Under the pieces are notes generated by a model that worked only from the letters and a program-made list of their open reading frames with translations, did not search any database and was not told the origin of the DNA. Position numbers and translations under genes: made by a program. From Mobula hypostoma (lineage: Eukaryota), in assembly GCF_963921235.1 (NCBI RefSeq), contig NC_086108.1, forward strand, positions 55,430,001-55,494,000: DNA of 64,000 bases. The letters are read 5' to 3'. Positions 1 to 12,852 of the stretch are shown one piece after another (position 1 is the first letter of the stretch; the number at the start of each line of letters is the position of its first letter).

Positions 1-263
1 GGTTTTAGCTGGCACCAAATAGTCTCTTTCGTTATAAGTTTCCGATTCTGTGGCACACTGTTAAATGTTTTATTGGCATAATTAATTGTCATTCTGGATT
101 AGCTAGACTTAATGACGGCCAAGTCTACCAAAGCATCTACATTTGTTTAGCTTCCCCCTTGGGCATTTCTCCATCTTTCATGGAGTATGTGTATCATTCA
201 TTTTCTCCTGTATTTATTCAGAAGTGAGGCAAGGCGGACACAGCTTCATTGACCTGATACAAT

Positions 264-1835
264 TTGCAGGTGTTTGTTGTCTTGAGGCAATTCGGGGTGG
301 ATAAATCCCCAGGGCCTGACAAGGCATTCCCCCAGACCCTGCAGGAGGCAAGTGCAGAAATTGCCAGGACCCTAGCAGAGATGTTTAAATTATCCTTCCT
401 GACTGGTAAGATACCAGAGGATTGGAGGATAGCTAATATTGTTTCGCTGTTTAAGAAAGGCTCTAAAAATAAACCAGGAAACTATTGGCTGGTGACCCTG
501 ACATCAGTAGTGGGAAAGTTAATGGAAGGTATTCTAAGGGACCAGATAAATAACTATTTGAATAGACATAGACTGATTAGGGATTGTCAGCATGGCTTCA
601 TGTGTGGTTGGTCATGTCTTACCAACCTTAGAGTTTATTTTTGGGAACTACCAGGAATGTGGATGAAGGCAAGGCAGTGGATGTGGTCTACGTGAACTTG
701 ACAAGACATATGACGAGGTCCCATATTGGGATGTTGGTCAAGAAGGTTCAGTCACTCAGGATTCAAGCTGAAGTAGTAAAAGGGATTAGGCATTGACTTT
801 GTGGGAGAGGCTGAGAGTGATGGTGAATGGTTGCTTCTCTGACTGGAGGCATGTGACTAGTGGAGTGCCACAGGGTCCGTGGTTGTTGATATAGATGACA
901 GTGTTGTTAACTGGATCAGCAAATTTGTGGATGTCACCAAGGTTTGAGACAGTAAGGAGGGTATCATAACTTGCAGCAGGAGTCTGGACCAGCTGGAAAA
1001 ATGGGTTGAAAATGGCAGATGGAATTTAATGCAGACGCATACGAGGTGTTGCATTTTTGTAGGACCAACCAGGGAAGGTTTTGCACAGTGAACGGCAGGG
1101 TACAGGGGAGTGTGGTAGAACAAAGGGAACTGGGAATACAGGTCCATAGTTCATTGAAAATGTTGTCACATATAAATAGGGTCATAAAGAATCCTTTTGG
1201 CACAATAGCCTTCATAAATCAAGGTACTGAATGTAGGAGATGGTATGTTGAATTTGTATAAGACATTAGCGAGGACTAATTGGAGTATTGTGTGCAGGTT
1301 TGGTCCCCTACCGACAGGAAAGATATCAACAAGATAGAAAGAATAGAGAGAAGATTTACAAGAATGTTGCATGGTCTGGAGAACCTGAGGTAAGGAAAAA
1401 TTGAATAGGTTAGGGCATTATTCTTTGGAATGTAGAAGATTGAGAGGAGATTTGATAGAGATGTACAAAATTATCGTTTGTATGAGGGGTATAGATAGGG
1501 TGTCAATGCAAGCAGGCTTTTTCCACTGAGGTTGGGTGGGACTACAACCAGATGTCATGGGTTAAGGATGAAAGGTGAAAAGTTTAAGGGGAACATGGGG
1601 GAAACTTCTTCACTCAGTGGGTCATGAAAATGTGGAATGAGCTGCCAGCACAAGTGTGCATGCGAGCTCGATTTCAACATTCAAGAAAAGTTCGGCTAGG
1701 TACATGGATGGTCGCGGTATGAAGGGCTGTGATCCAGGTGGAGGTCAATGGAAGTCGGCAGTTTAACTATTCAGCACGGACTGGATGGGCTGAAGGTCTT
1801 GGTTCTGTGCTGTACTTTTTTAAAATGATTCTATA
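264..1835 (+). mobile_element. CR1-clade LINE, 5'-truncated, decayed ORF2 (RT) plus 3' UTR
   Basis: ORF 264-695 (DKSPGPD…IPEDWRIANIVSLFKKGSK…QHGF…SCLTNL) and 1019-1261 (MEFNADAYEVLHF) are CR1 RT motifs. Frameshifts and stops lie between them, and a CR1-type tail ends near 1835. Confidence 0.93.
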
Positions 1836-1849
1836 ACATATATAAAAAA

Positions 1850-2265
1850 TGTAACCAGGCGTTTGCTACTCAGCTTCATGAGTTGTTTCATTATTTAACC
1901 GTGGCTCATTTACTTGAGTTATTCCCTTGATTCCTTTTAAATTGAACAATCAATCGATCTTGGTTTTGGATGAAACCAGTGACTGAGCTTCTACAAGTTC
2001 TTTAGGCTGAGAAATCCAAAGATTCAATACCATTTGAAAGAATTTCTCATCATTTCAGTCTTCAGTGACCTAACACTTTGATAGTTCTCAACTCCTCTGC
2101 CAAGGAGCACATCCTCAACTTAATTACCCTGTCCAGTCTTAGTGTATTAGTGTATTATTAGTGTATTTCAATGAAGTCACTGTTTATTCTTTAAACCTCT
2201 TTTCTCTAAGGCTTTCCAACTCGATCTCTCCTCACCTGACAGGTCCTCCATAGCAGAAACAGATC
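1850..2265 (-). mobile_element. Old CR1 3'-end remnant
   Basis: Degenerate match to the minus-strand CR1 3' pattern seen elsewhere in the window (…gagaaatccaaagattcaatac…gaatttctcatcatttcagtc…). Confidence 0.55.
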
Positions 2266-2769
2266 ATCAACCTTGAATTCTGTTAGATTTGACTTAAGAT
2301 TTTAGATTGAATGATATTAACTGCCTTTTTAAAACAGACATTATAGTGTCCTTTCTTTTGTAATCAACACCTATAAATTGTAGGATAATTTTTATTTGTG
2401 GACACATACTGAGATAAAATCCTGCTAATTGAAGCTATAACAACCACTTTGGTTGTGAATGAAGGGTTAGAATCTTTGTGAAGCTAAGTTTTTTTTTAAA
2501 GTTTAGTAATCATGCATAAACTTACCAATAACAGAATGTACTCACGAATATAAAATGAAGAACAAATGCTGAAAACTTACAATAAGAATGCAAAAATATG
2601 AAGTGGTTATTAGCATCTAAATTCAGAACTCAGAAATCTTTGGTTGCAACTAGAAGTTCATTTTAAGGAGTGTAAAATCAATGTATTTGCTACCTCTAGT
2701 GGTAATATTGGATGCTGCAAGTTAGAACAAGCCTTTTCCAGGTGTCCTTTGAAATGTCTTTTTGTTTCC

Positions 2770-3340
2770 CCTTTAATCATGCCTTCCCCTCTACCATAAT
2801 TGCCTGGGCTTCTGGTGATGCTTCTGCTTTTGAATCCTTTCTTACTAACCAGAATAAGGATAGGGCCCTCTTCACCCCGCGCAAGATGAATCAGAAGGTT
2901 GTTATATGGTATTCATACTTTGATAATAAATGTACTTTGTACTTTGAGCTCACTGGCTTCTTCACTCTATAATGTTAGCAATCCCCAAGTGTTTCCCTTT
3001 CCTATTGCAAAGTAATTGTTACTTTCTCAATCACTTGGTTTGTCCTTCCATTTTTACAAACCACTTTCCTTCTCATCATTTTTTTTTTATCCAGCTGCTG
3101 TCAATGTAGCATCTGTCTTTTGAGCTTTTCCTTTCCCACAGTCCAGGGATCCAGGCAGTCAATCTGAGTGAAATATCACTTTTTCCAGTGTAATGTAGTT
3201 TATTTAGTGTTCAGTGTCATTTACAAAAAAACAAATGCAGATCGTGCCAGGTTTGCAGCGCACCCCCATTCCCCCATTCAATATGCAAGGGTAATGTGTA
3301 CTTCTAGCCACTCGTCAATTTAATGATCCACCCCCGTTCC
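2770..3340 (+). mobile_element. Highly decayed Penelope-like fragment, interrupted by a short Rex-type tail (~2890-2947)
   Basis: Patchy similarity to the young PLE at 30988-32375. The inserted 'tactttgataataaatgtactttgtactttga' matches the Rex tail at 24063-24090 (reverse complement). Confidence 0.45.
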
Positions 3341-3404
3341 CACCCCGTCCATAAAATGACCAAGCCATTTATCGTAGATTATCAACCCACGGTCATCCTA
3401 TACC

Positions 3405-4290
3405 TCTGAGCTGTCAGAAAAATAGCAATGAAAGGAAAATCCAGTTTCAGTCCATGACATTATGTGTAATATTGTCCATTTTGTGTTACTAGTTGGGAAT
3501 ATAGTGTAGGGAAGTGTATGGTCATGCACTTTGGCAGAAGGAGTAAAGGTGTAGACTATTTTCTGAATTTTTCTCCCCATTTAGAAATCTGAAGAGCAGA
3601 GGACTTGTGCAGGATTCCCTAAAGGTTGACTTGTTGGTTGAGTCAGTGGTAAGGAAGGCAAATGCACTGTTAGCATACATTTCGAGAGGATTAGAATGTA
3701 AAAACAAACAGAGGCTTTATAAGGCATCGGTCAGACTCTACTCGGAGTATTGTGATCAGTATTGGGGCCCTTGAAAAGATGTGCTGACATTGGAGAGGGT
3801 CCAGAGGAAGTTCAATTGATTAATTCTGGGTGTGAAAGGGTTAACGTCTAAGGAGCATATGATAGCTCTGCACCTCTACTCGCTGGAGTTTAGAAGAACG
3901 AGGAGGGGGTTCTGATTGAGCTCCACTGAAGATTGAAAGGGCAAGAAAGAGTGGATGTGGAGAGGATGTTTCCTATAGTGGGAAAGTCTAGACCCTGAGG
4001 GCATGGCCTCAAAATAGAGGGACATCCACATTACAGAGTTCTGGTGGAATTTCTTTAGCTAGATGGTGGTGAATTTGTGGAATTCATTATCATTGACTGC
4101 TGTGGAGGCCAAGAAATTAAATATACTTAAAGTGGGTGTTGATAAGTACTTGATTATTGGGATATCAAAGGTTACTGAGAGAAGGCAAGAGAGTGAGGTT
4201 CAGAGGAATAATAAATCGGCTATGATGGAATAATGGAACAGACTTTGTGGACCAAATAGCCTAATTTGCTTCTATGTCTTGCGGTCTTAT
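3405..4290 (+). mobile_element. CR1 LINE 3' fragment
   Basis: Contains 'aaggcaaatgcactgttagcatacatttcgagagga' and has a tail ending 'tctatgtcttgcggtcttat'. Same family as 6262-7331. Confidence 0.88.
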
Positions 4291-5031
4291 TCATGGTAGA
4301 TAAAGTAAAACTGTTGCTGTAGTTTAATTTGAGATTAATGTAGCAATTGTAATTACTTTATTACTTTCCAATGATATTTAAATAACTAATGTTAAATTAA
4401 TAATTAAAAGATAAGCCAAAATAATGATACTTTATTTCCTTTAGTTGTTGTTGAAAGCTAGAAATTCACAATTGAGGCATCTTTGAGACATCTGGTGTCT
4501 GCCAACTTTAAAATTAAAATTATATTTTCTTTCCTGAAGTACGGTATTTTTGTTCCCGCTTGAGTTGAATGGGACTGGTTGATAACATTTCCTTACTGGC
4601 TTTGAGTGAATAATGTAGTATATTCTACCAATTATTTGCCACTTTGCAGAGTTTTTAAAAAATTGTAGGTCTAATAAGGATCTGAGTGAAGATGTTCTGT
4701 AGTTTACTTTTCTCAAGTATTTTTTAAAGGAAACAAACATAATGTACAGGAACTAATTCTCATTAGTTTCTATGCATGGGGCAAGCTATCACATGATGTT
4801 TTTAGCAACAGATGCACAAAGCAAGCATAAGTGCAGTAGTTGAATCTCCAGCTTTCTCTCAAAGTTTCAGTGACTTACATTGATGAGGTGTAGCTACACA
4901 GATATACTGTTTCTTACTCGTATTCAGCCCACGTTTCCTATACAAACCTGGTCTGTAAATAATGGGAGTTCCACTTGGCAGTGAAGCTCTGCTGCATCTG
5001 TCAGACTATTTTAGTCGCTAGATTGGTCCAC

Positions 5032-5831
5032 AGCAGCACACACAGAATGCTGGAGGAACTCAGAAAGTCACTCAGCATCTGTGAAGATAAATAAACAGTT
5101 GATGCATCAGGCTGAGGCGCTTCACTAGGATTGGAAAGGGAGGGTGGTAGACACCAGAATAAAAAGGTGAGGAGAAGGGAATGAGGTCAAGCTAGAAGGT
5201 GATAGGTGAAGTCAGGTGGGTGGGACTGGTAAAGAGCTGGAGAAGACAGAATCTGATGGGAGAGCAAGGTGTACCATGGGAGAAAGAAGAGAAGGAGGGG
5301 CATCGGGAGAGGTGATGAACAGGTGAGGAAAAGAGTTAAGAGGCCATAGTGGGGAATAGGAGAGGGAAGGGAGGGGAAAGGGAAGAAAGAAAAAGTATTA
5401 CCAGAAGGAGAGATGAATGTTTATGCCATTGTGTTGGAGGGTATCCAGATGGAATATGAGGCATTCAGTTTACTATACCACTGCTCCTTACATTGGTAAG
5501 ACCTGATGTAAATTGGGGGACCGCTTTGTCAAGCACCTCTGCTCTATCCCTCAAAAGTGGAATCTCCCGGTGGCCAACCAGTTTAATTCCTGTTTCAACA
5601 TGTCAGTCCTTGGCCACTTCTTTTTCTACAATGAGGCCACACACAGGGTGGAGGAGCATCCTTCCGTAAACTACCCACGTGGCTTCACCTGTCACTTTCC
5701 AGCAGCTTCTTTCCCTTTCCCTGTCATTTCACTCTGGCACCTTTCCCCTTCCTGTCCAGTCTTAGCCAAAACATTGAATGTTTATTCATTTCCATAGATG
5801 CTGCCTGACCTGCTGAGTTCCTCCAGCACTT

Positions 5832-5863
<32 letters not shown>

Positions 5864-5902
5864 ATGCTCTGGATTTCCAACATCTGCAGAATCTCTGGTG
5901 TT
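5032..5902. mobile_element. Penelope-like element with inverted terminal arms (fold-back), decayed
   Basis: The left arm (cacacagaatgctggaggaactcag…) is the reverse complement of the right arm (…ctgagttcctccagcactttgcgtgtg). An internal GIY-YIG remnant reads YIGKT…GDRFVKHL. TAGATTGG flanks both sides (5019-5026, 5903-5910). Confidence 0.85.
5835..5863. repeat. (GT)n microsatellite
   Basis: About 14 GT units, expanded from the GTGTGT tract of the PLE arm. Confidence 0.95.
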
Positions 5903-6059
5903 TAGATTGGCCTTCATTTGATTTTGATGCTACAAATAACTTGATTATTGTGATACATGGAATATTCATGACAGATCAACTCACAAATGTAGCAAAAAAA
6001 ATCTTGTTTCCGATTCTGTTGGAACATTTTTACAAATCCTGAGTCTATCTTTACTACGT

Positions 6060-8765
6060 TTATCTGTGTTGATCACGGACTTGTTGCAATTAGTGTAAGA
6101 AGGCAGCGGGCTGCAATTAGTGCGAGAGGTGGTTTATTTGTGTCACAGTGCGAGGTTTAAAAAGAGCTCTAGGCTTTCGGTCTTTACAGCAGATTGCAAT
6201 CAGTGTGAGAGGGTGTTTCTTGGTGACGTAGCGTGAGGTTTAATAAGAACTCCAGAGCTTTTGACTCGGTATTGGCTGATTGGTAGGAGGCAGTGAGTGG
6301 GAATAAAAGGATCCTTTTCTGGTTGGCTGCCAGTGACTAGTAGTGTTCTGCAGGGGTCAGTGTTGGGACTGCTTTTTATACTGTATATCAATGATTTTGA
6401 TGATAGTATAGATGGCTTTGTTGCCAATGTTGTGGATGATATGAGGATTGGTAGAGGGGCAGGTAGTGTTCAGGAGATGAGTGGGATGCAGAAGGACTTA
6501 GACTGATTAGGAGAATGGGCAAGAAAGATGCAAATGAAATACAACGTTGGAAAATGCATGGTCATGCACTTTGGTAATAGAAATAAATGTGCTGACTAAC
6601 TTCTAAACGGGGATAATATCCGAAAACCTGAGATGTAAAGGGACTTGGAAGTCCTTGTGCAGAACATCCTGAAGGTTAACTTGCAAGTTGAGTCAGTGGT
6701 GAGGAAGGCAAATGCAATGTTAGCATTCATTTCAAGAGGTCTAGAATACAAGAGCAGGGATGTGATGCTGAGGCTTTATAAGGCACTGGTGAGGCTGCAG
6801 CTTAACTATTGTGAACAGTTTTGGGCTCCTCATCTAAGAAAAGATGTGCTGGCATTAGAGGGAGTCCAGAGGTGGTTCACAAAGATGATTCCAGGAATGA
6901 ACAGCTTATTATAAGAGGAGTGCGTGGCTCTGGGTCTGTACTTGCTGGAATTTAGAAGAATGGAGGGGGGGATCTCATTGAAAACTTTTGAATGTTCAAA
7001 GGCCTAGACAGAGTAGATGTAAAAAGGATGTTTCCCATGGTGAGGACAAGAGGGCACAGCCTCAGGATAGAGGGGCATCTGTTTAAACAGAGATGTGGAG
7101 AAATTTCTTTAGCCACAGGGTGGTGAACTTGTGGAATTTGTTACCACAGGTAGCTGTGGAGGCCAGGTTGTTGGGTGTATTTAAGGCAGAGCTTGATAGG
7201 TTCTTGTTTGGACGCGGCATCAAATGTTACAGGCAGAAGGTCAGGGAATGAGGTAGAGAAGGGGAAAAATAAGGATCAGCCATGATTGAATAGCAGAGCA
7301 GACCTAATTCTGCTCCTATGTCTTATGGTCTTGGGGTTCCTTTTGGTAGACTGCATTCAATGCAGGGCCAATAGGAAGAAGAGAGGTGTAAGCAGAGCAG
7401 TGGGAGCGGGCCAGTGTTAGTGTGGCCAGGCACTGGCAAGCATGGGCAAAGGTTCTAAGTGAATAAGTTCCTTGTAGGTTTTTATTTCTGTTAATGCATT
7501 GCTAATCCATTTTGAACTGTTTTGGAGGTAGAGGAATTTTCTCTTTGTGAGATGTGGGAACTCTCCCTGATGACTGCATCTGTATGAAGTGCATTGAGGT
7601 GCAGCTCCTTAGAGACTGTTAAGGAACTGGACCTGCAGCTAGCTGACCTTTGGCTCATTCAGGAAAATGAGATGATAGATGGGAGTTACAGGGAGGTAAT
7701 CACCCCTAAGTTGCAGGAGGCAGGTACCTGGGTGACCGTCAGGGGAGGGAAAGGGAATAGGCAGCCGGTGTAGGGTGTCCGATTTCTGGATCATTGGGAT
7801 CTCTTTTGGGGAAGGTATGACCTGTACAAAAAGGACAGGTTGCACCTGAACCTGAGTTTGCAGATGATACGAAGATAGGTGGAGGTACAGATAGTGTTGA
7901 GGAAACAGGGTGTCTGCAGATTCCCCTCCTCTTGGTCAGACTGGAAGAAGGGGCAAAGAAGTGGAAGATGGAATATTGCATAGGGAAGTGCATGGTCATG
8001 CATTTTGGTAGAAGGATTAAAGGTGTGGACGATTTTCTAAATGGGTAGAAAATTCAAAACGCAGAGGTACAAAGGGACTTGAGAGTCCTTGTGCAGGATT
8101 CTCTGAAGGTTAACTTGAAGGTTAAGTTGGTGGTAAGGAAGGCACATGAAATGTTAGCATTAATTTTTAGAGAACTAGAATACAAAAGCAAGGATGTAAT
8201 GCTGAGGCTTTATAAGGCATTGCCCAGACTACAATTGGGGTATTGCGAGCAGTTTTGGGCCCTTTATCTAAGAAACGATGTGCTGGCATTGGTAAGGGTC
8301 CAGAGATGGTTCATGGGAATGATTCCAGGAATGAAAGGGTTAACACATGAGCATTTGATAGCTCTGGGCCTGTACTCATTGGAGTTCAGAAGAATGAGGG
8401 AGGAACTCATTGCAGTTTATCAAATATTGAAAGGTCTAGATAAAGTAGATGTGGAGAAGATGTTCCCAATAGTAGGGAAGTCCAGGACCAAAGGGCACTG
8501 CTTCAGAATTGAGGAACATCCATTTTAAACTGAGATGAGGAAAGATTTCTTTAGCCAGAGAGTGGTGAATAGGTGGAATTCACTGCACAGACAGTTGTGC
8601 TGGCTAAGGTGGAAGTTGATTAATCACAGAATCAAATGTTACTGGGAGAAGGCAGGAGAATGGGGTTTAGAGGGAAAATAAATCAGCCTGGAATGGAATG
8701 GCTGAGCAGACTCGATAGGCTAAATGGCCTAATTCTGCTGTATGTCTTAGGATGTTATGGTCTTA
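6060..8765 (+). mobile_element. Internally deleted CR1 retaining probable 5' UTR, ORF1 pieces and ORF2 3' end; interrupted by CR1 at 6262-7331
   Basis: 7545-7770 reads CEMWE…PDDCICMKCIEVQLLRD (ORF1 Cys motif). 7780-7852 reads FLDHWDLFWGRYDLYKKDRLHLN (esterase-like). 7857 onward reads FADDTKIGG (RT), followed by ORF 8079-8528 and a tail near 8765. The 5' UTR assignment of 6060-6260 is weaker. Confidence 0.75.
6262..7331 (+). mobile_element. CR1 LINE 3' fragment
   Basis: ORFs 6297-6506 (VTSSVLQGSVLGLLFILYIND) and 6645-6914. Tail 'aattctgctcctatgtcttatggtctt'. Confidence 0.92.
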
Positions 8766-8853
8766 CTGTCCTGTTCAGCATGCATTGCTAGTCATTGTCT
8801 GTAGGTGGCAGCAATTGTTTTTCTCGAAGCAGGCAGGCATTTCTTGGAAGCAG

Positions 8854-9068
8854 CAACATTCAAAATGCTGGAGGAACTCAGCAAGTCGGGCAGAATCTAT
8901 GGAGGGGAATAAACTATCAATGTTTTGGACCGAGACCTTCATCGGAACAGGATCTTGGCCTGAAATGATGACTGCTCATTTCCCACTGTAAATGCTGCCT
9001 GACTTGCTGAGTTCTAGCATTTTGTGTGTGGTGCTTATGATTTTCAGCATCTGAAGAATCTCATGTTT
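8854..9068. mobile_element. Miniature fold-back Penelope derivative (two inverted pLTR ends)
   Basis: Inverted arms meet at decayed hammerhead motifs (~8915-8975). Flanking near-direct repeat ATTTCTTGGAAGCAG / ATTTCTTCGAAGAAG (8839-8853, 9069-9083). Confidence 0.82.
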
Positions 9069-9524
9069 ATTTCTTCGAAGAAGGTTTGGAAAGTGTCAAT
9101 CGTCTAAGAAGGGTTGTTACAGGACTTCCACCTACTCTCCTGACTTCACTGTTATCCAGTCATGGTGACCACTCAGTAAAAACTTGAAAAACAAGTCAGA
9201 GCCCATTGCTGACCAGGTGAGGGTGAGTGTTCATGTTGTGGCAAAATATTAGATTAGGTGGAGGAGACCCCATGGTCTTCATAGTTGTATTATATTATTA
9301 ATTTATATTGCACTAGAGTTTTGATGTTGAGGGCCATGAGATTGTTTTTAATGTTCTGGCATATGAAGAGGCAAATTAACTTGTAGTCTTATTGGATGAA
9401 TGCTTCTCCTATGCCAGTAACTTTTTTCCTAATCAATTGCTTGCACACCATCAAAGACTCCTTATCCTAAATTTTTGTAGCCTCAGCTCTTGCATTCCCA
9501 AATTTATTTCATTTCACTGAAGCT

Positions 9525-10083
9525 GGTGTGACCATACATGGAGTATTGTATTCAGTTATGTTCACCCTATATTAGGAAGCATGTGATTAAACTGGAAAGA
9601 ATGCAGAAAAGATTTACACTGATGTTACCAGGATTGGAAGACTAAGTTATAGCGAAAGGTTAGATAGGCTATCCTTTACTCATTGGATTATAAGAGGTTG
9701 AGCAGTCATCTCATGTAGGTATATAAAATCATGAGGGGCATAGATAGTGAGTGGTCTTCTTTCCAGTGTTGGGAATTCTAAAACTAGAGAACATACATTT
9801 AAGGTTAGAGGTGAAAGGTTTATTAAGAATCTGAGGGGCAATTTTTTCTTTACACAGCTTGCAGTGGTTAGATAGAACAAGCTGCTCAAAGAATTGCTTG
9901 TGACAGGTGCATTAGATACATTTAAGAAGAATCTAGACAGCTAGATGGATGACAAGGGTGTAGGCAGATAAGGGGCAAGTGCTGAGAATGGGATTATCTT
10001 GAATGTTGATCGTGGTTGACAAGGATGTGTATGGATTGAAGGGCCTTTTCCCATGTTGTACAACTCGAACTCTGTGACTCTAA
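9525..10083 (+). mobile_element. CR1 LINE 3' fragment, decayed
   Basis: Contains 'ggagtattgtattcagtt…aggaagcatgtgattaaactggaaagaatgcagaaaagatttac' and a CR1-type tail. Confidence 0.85.
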
Positions 10084-10292
10084 GTTAAAGATTACAACAT
10101 CTGGTTTTCAGAAATGGTGGGCAAGCCTTACATCTGAATGAGATGGATTTTTTTTGTTACCGTATACTGCAATTTCATTAATGATTGTAAGCTACTTCTG
10201 TAAAGATAGATGACTAGAAATCAGACTTCAATCTTTCTGGCAGGTGAGTTACACTACCTCCCACTTGGACCTCACACAAAGATGAGCCAAAG

Positions 10293-10514
10293 CCATAAGA
10301 CATAGGAGCAGAATTAGGCCATTTGGCCTATGAAGTCTGGTCTGCCTTCAATCATGGCCGATCCTTGTCTCCCCATCTCAGCCCCACTCCCAAGCCTGCT
10401 CCCCATAACCTTTGATGCCTTGTCCAATCAAGAACCTATCAAGCTCTGCCTTAAATACCTCCAACGACCTGGCCTCCACAGCTGCCTGTAGTAATAAATT
10501 CCACAAATTCACCA
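10293..10514 (-). mobile_element. CR1 3' terminal fragment
   Basis: 'ccataagacataggagcagaattaggccatt' is the reverse complement of the tail at 7305-7331. Confidence 0.88.
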
Positions 10515-12254
10515 TGTTTGAAACTGTTGTAGTTAACACCCAGAGTAAAGAGCCAAAGAGGCTCCTTTGTGGTTCCCATTGAGTTTAATGCACCTGGTGG
10601 TACTCCGATGTGCTCCAATCTGCGGAAGGTTTATCAGCCCTTGGCTGTCATTTCCCCAGTAAGATAACAGCAGCATACCACTACGACTTAAAACAGTTGG
10701 AGCCAGCTACTTCAGTAAATCGATCAGGATTTATTCAAGTGTTAGGAACTATGCAGCAGCCTGCAAAAGAGGATGTGAGGGTTGAGTGTGTTCTCCAGAC
10801 TAATTATTAATGAAGCATTCAGTAATATCGTTTGGAATGTGAAGAAGTTAAAAATGGGGTCTGTGGTTTAGCACATTTCTGTAGGGAACTTCTTTATTGT
10901 CTGTGCCATTGCCTCTCCCCTCTGCTCTGCTGAGCAATAAGACCATGGTGTTCTTCTACACCTATCTCTTAAGCAGCCTTAGGCATCGACTTTTTTAAAA
11001 TTTGTTCTTGGTATTCTTCAGCCTTTTCCCATTTCACTCAGCTCTGGATTAGTGTTCAGCTTTTCCTCTGACACCAGCAGCTGCTTTTGGAGATCTAGAT
11101 TATGCTGCAAAGGTATTCTTCCCCATCTGCAGTGTGCTTCCAGACCGATGCGTATACTGGAATTTCATCTGCAATATACCTGTGGTGTTTTCACAAACAT
11201 TCTGTCATGCTTGACTCTTGTATCAGTGGTGAGCAACGGTGCCATGGCCACCAATTGGAGTGATGAGCATGAGAAATAGCGGGAAGCCCTGGCTCTCCAG
11301 GCTGATGCTCCGGGTAGTGCTAGCCACAGAAAATCTGTTAGTTTAGTCTTTGAGGATAAATACATTATGTGGTCTTCCCACAAATGAACATTTACCTTGC
11401 ATAAATTCTTCTGTGATCCATATCAACATGTAAATTATAGGAATGGAAACTTTTCTTGTTCTTCAATTGCAGCAAAGTATTACGGCTGAGTGTGGCCACA
11501 AGACTCAGGGGATTTGCTGCCTGCAGTCCTAAGAAACCAGCAATAAAGGCTAGACCAGGGACTATGATGCCATCTAATGTTCATTGAAACAGAAGTGCAG
11601 TAAAACTCCAATAGTCACTATATAATTATTCAGAACGTTTGGCATTTGTGTCGTCAGGTGATATTTGCCATGACTCTCTTTAGATTCATCTGAATCTGTC
11701 GGCTGCACTGTCATTAGACAAAGGGGTAGAAATAATTTTATTGTGTTAACACAGCAATATAGACCATCTAAGTACTGTATGTTCAATTTCAATGTTAATA
11801 AAACTGCAGTGCTGGGTTTCCCTGTGTAATGCTACAGTGAATCTGACATTGTCAGTGCAATGTTCCTTTTAGTTATATGTCACATTCATGCTACTCTCAG
11901 AATAACTTAGTAGGTGAGAAGATATAAAAGAGCAATGAAATCTTAGCAGCGAAAATGTCTGTAATCTTTTCTTCAAGATTCTAAACCATTTTTGTTACTT
12001 TCATGCACATTTTTTGTTAATAAAACACTTATATACAGTACACATTGAACTGTTCTGTGTATATCACTCATTCATAAATAATGTCCAAACATTTTTGGCT
12101 GGGATTCTCATTTATGGTCCCTGTGGCATATTCAGCCAAGGAGGGGTTTCATTATTTCACTGCCCTATTTTCTTCTGCTACCAGAAACCTTCTCCATTTG
12201 TCATATTGGTGTTGTTACCATGATCTTTAGATGATTTCTTTTGTTCTGCCTCAT

Positions 12255-12450
12255 GCAGAGGCTGGCTATGCGAAAAGAGAAAGCAGGGGAAGTTGTTGAC
12301 TCAGGTATGATAACATTTTATAAGTACATAGATAGAAAGTGTTTTGAGGAATATGGGAAATACGTGGGCATGTGGGACTAACATGATGTGCACTATGGTC
12401 ACCGCGAATGAATTGAATCAAAGGCCTATCTCCAAGCTTTGCTATTCTGA
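12255..12450 (+). mobile_element. Old CR1 3' tail remnant
   Basis: Weak similarity to CR1 3' UTRs (acattttataagtacatagatag…aaggcctatctcc). Confidence 0.5.
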
Positions 12451-12852
12451 TATGATGACACTATCATTTCCTTGGAATGCTACGTATAAAGATTTAATAC
12501 ATTTTAGAACTTGGTGGTAAATTTTCAATGTACAATAGCATCCTTGCCTTGTGTGGGTCTTAACAGAAGTCCTGAGTATCATAATAAAATCAGCATGCTT
12601 TGCTAATTGATGCAATAATGGTTACTTGTTTACACATGATATAAAGTTTGCATTTATCTCTCTTCAATCTCATTAGATAGTTGATTACCGACTAGAATAA
12701 AATAGATTTACATCGGATAAAAGTAACTCTTTAGCTTTTGAAAGAAAATGGGAGAAAAGCAAATTCTGCTCCTGTTGTCGGAACTAACAAATGAGAGTTA
12801 TCTTCGAATTGCAGATTGTTGATTAGACCACACTTAAATGTGAACCTCTATT

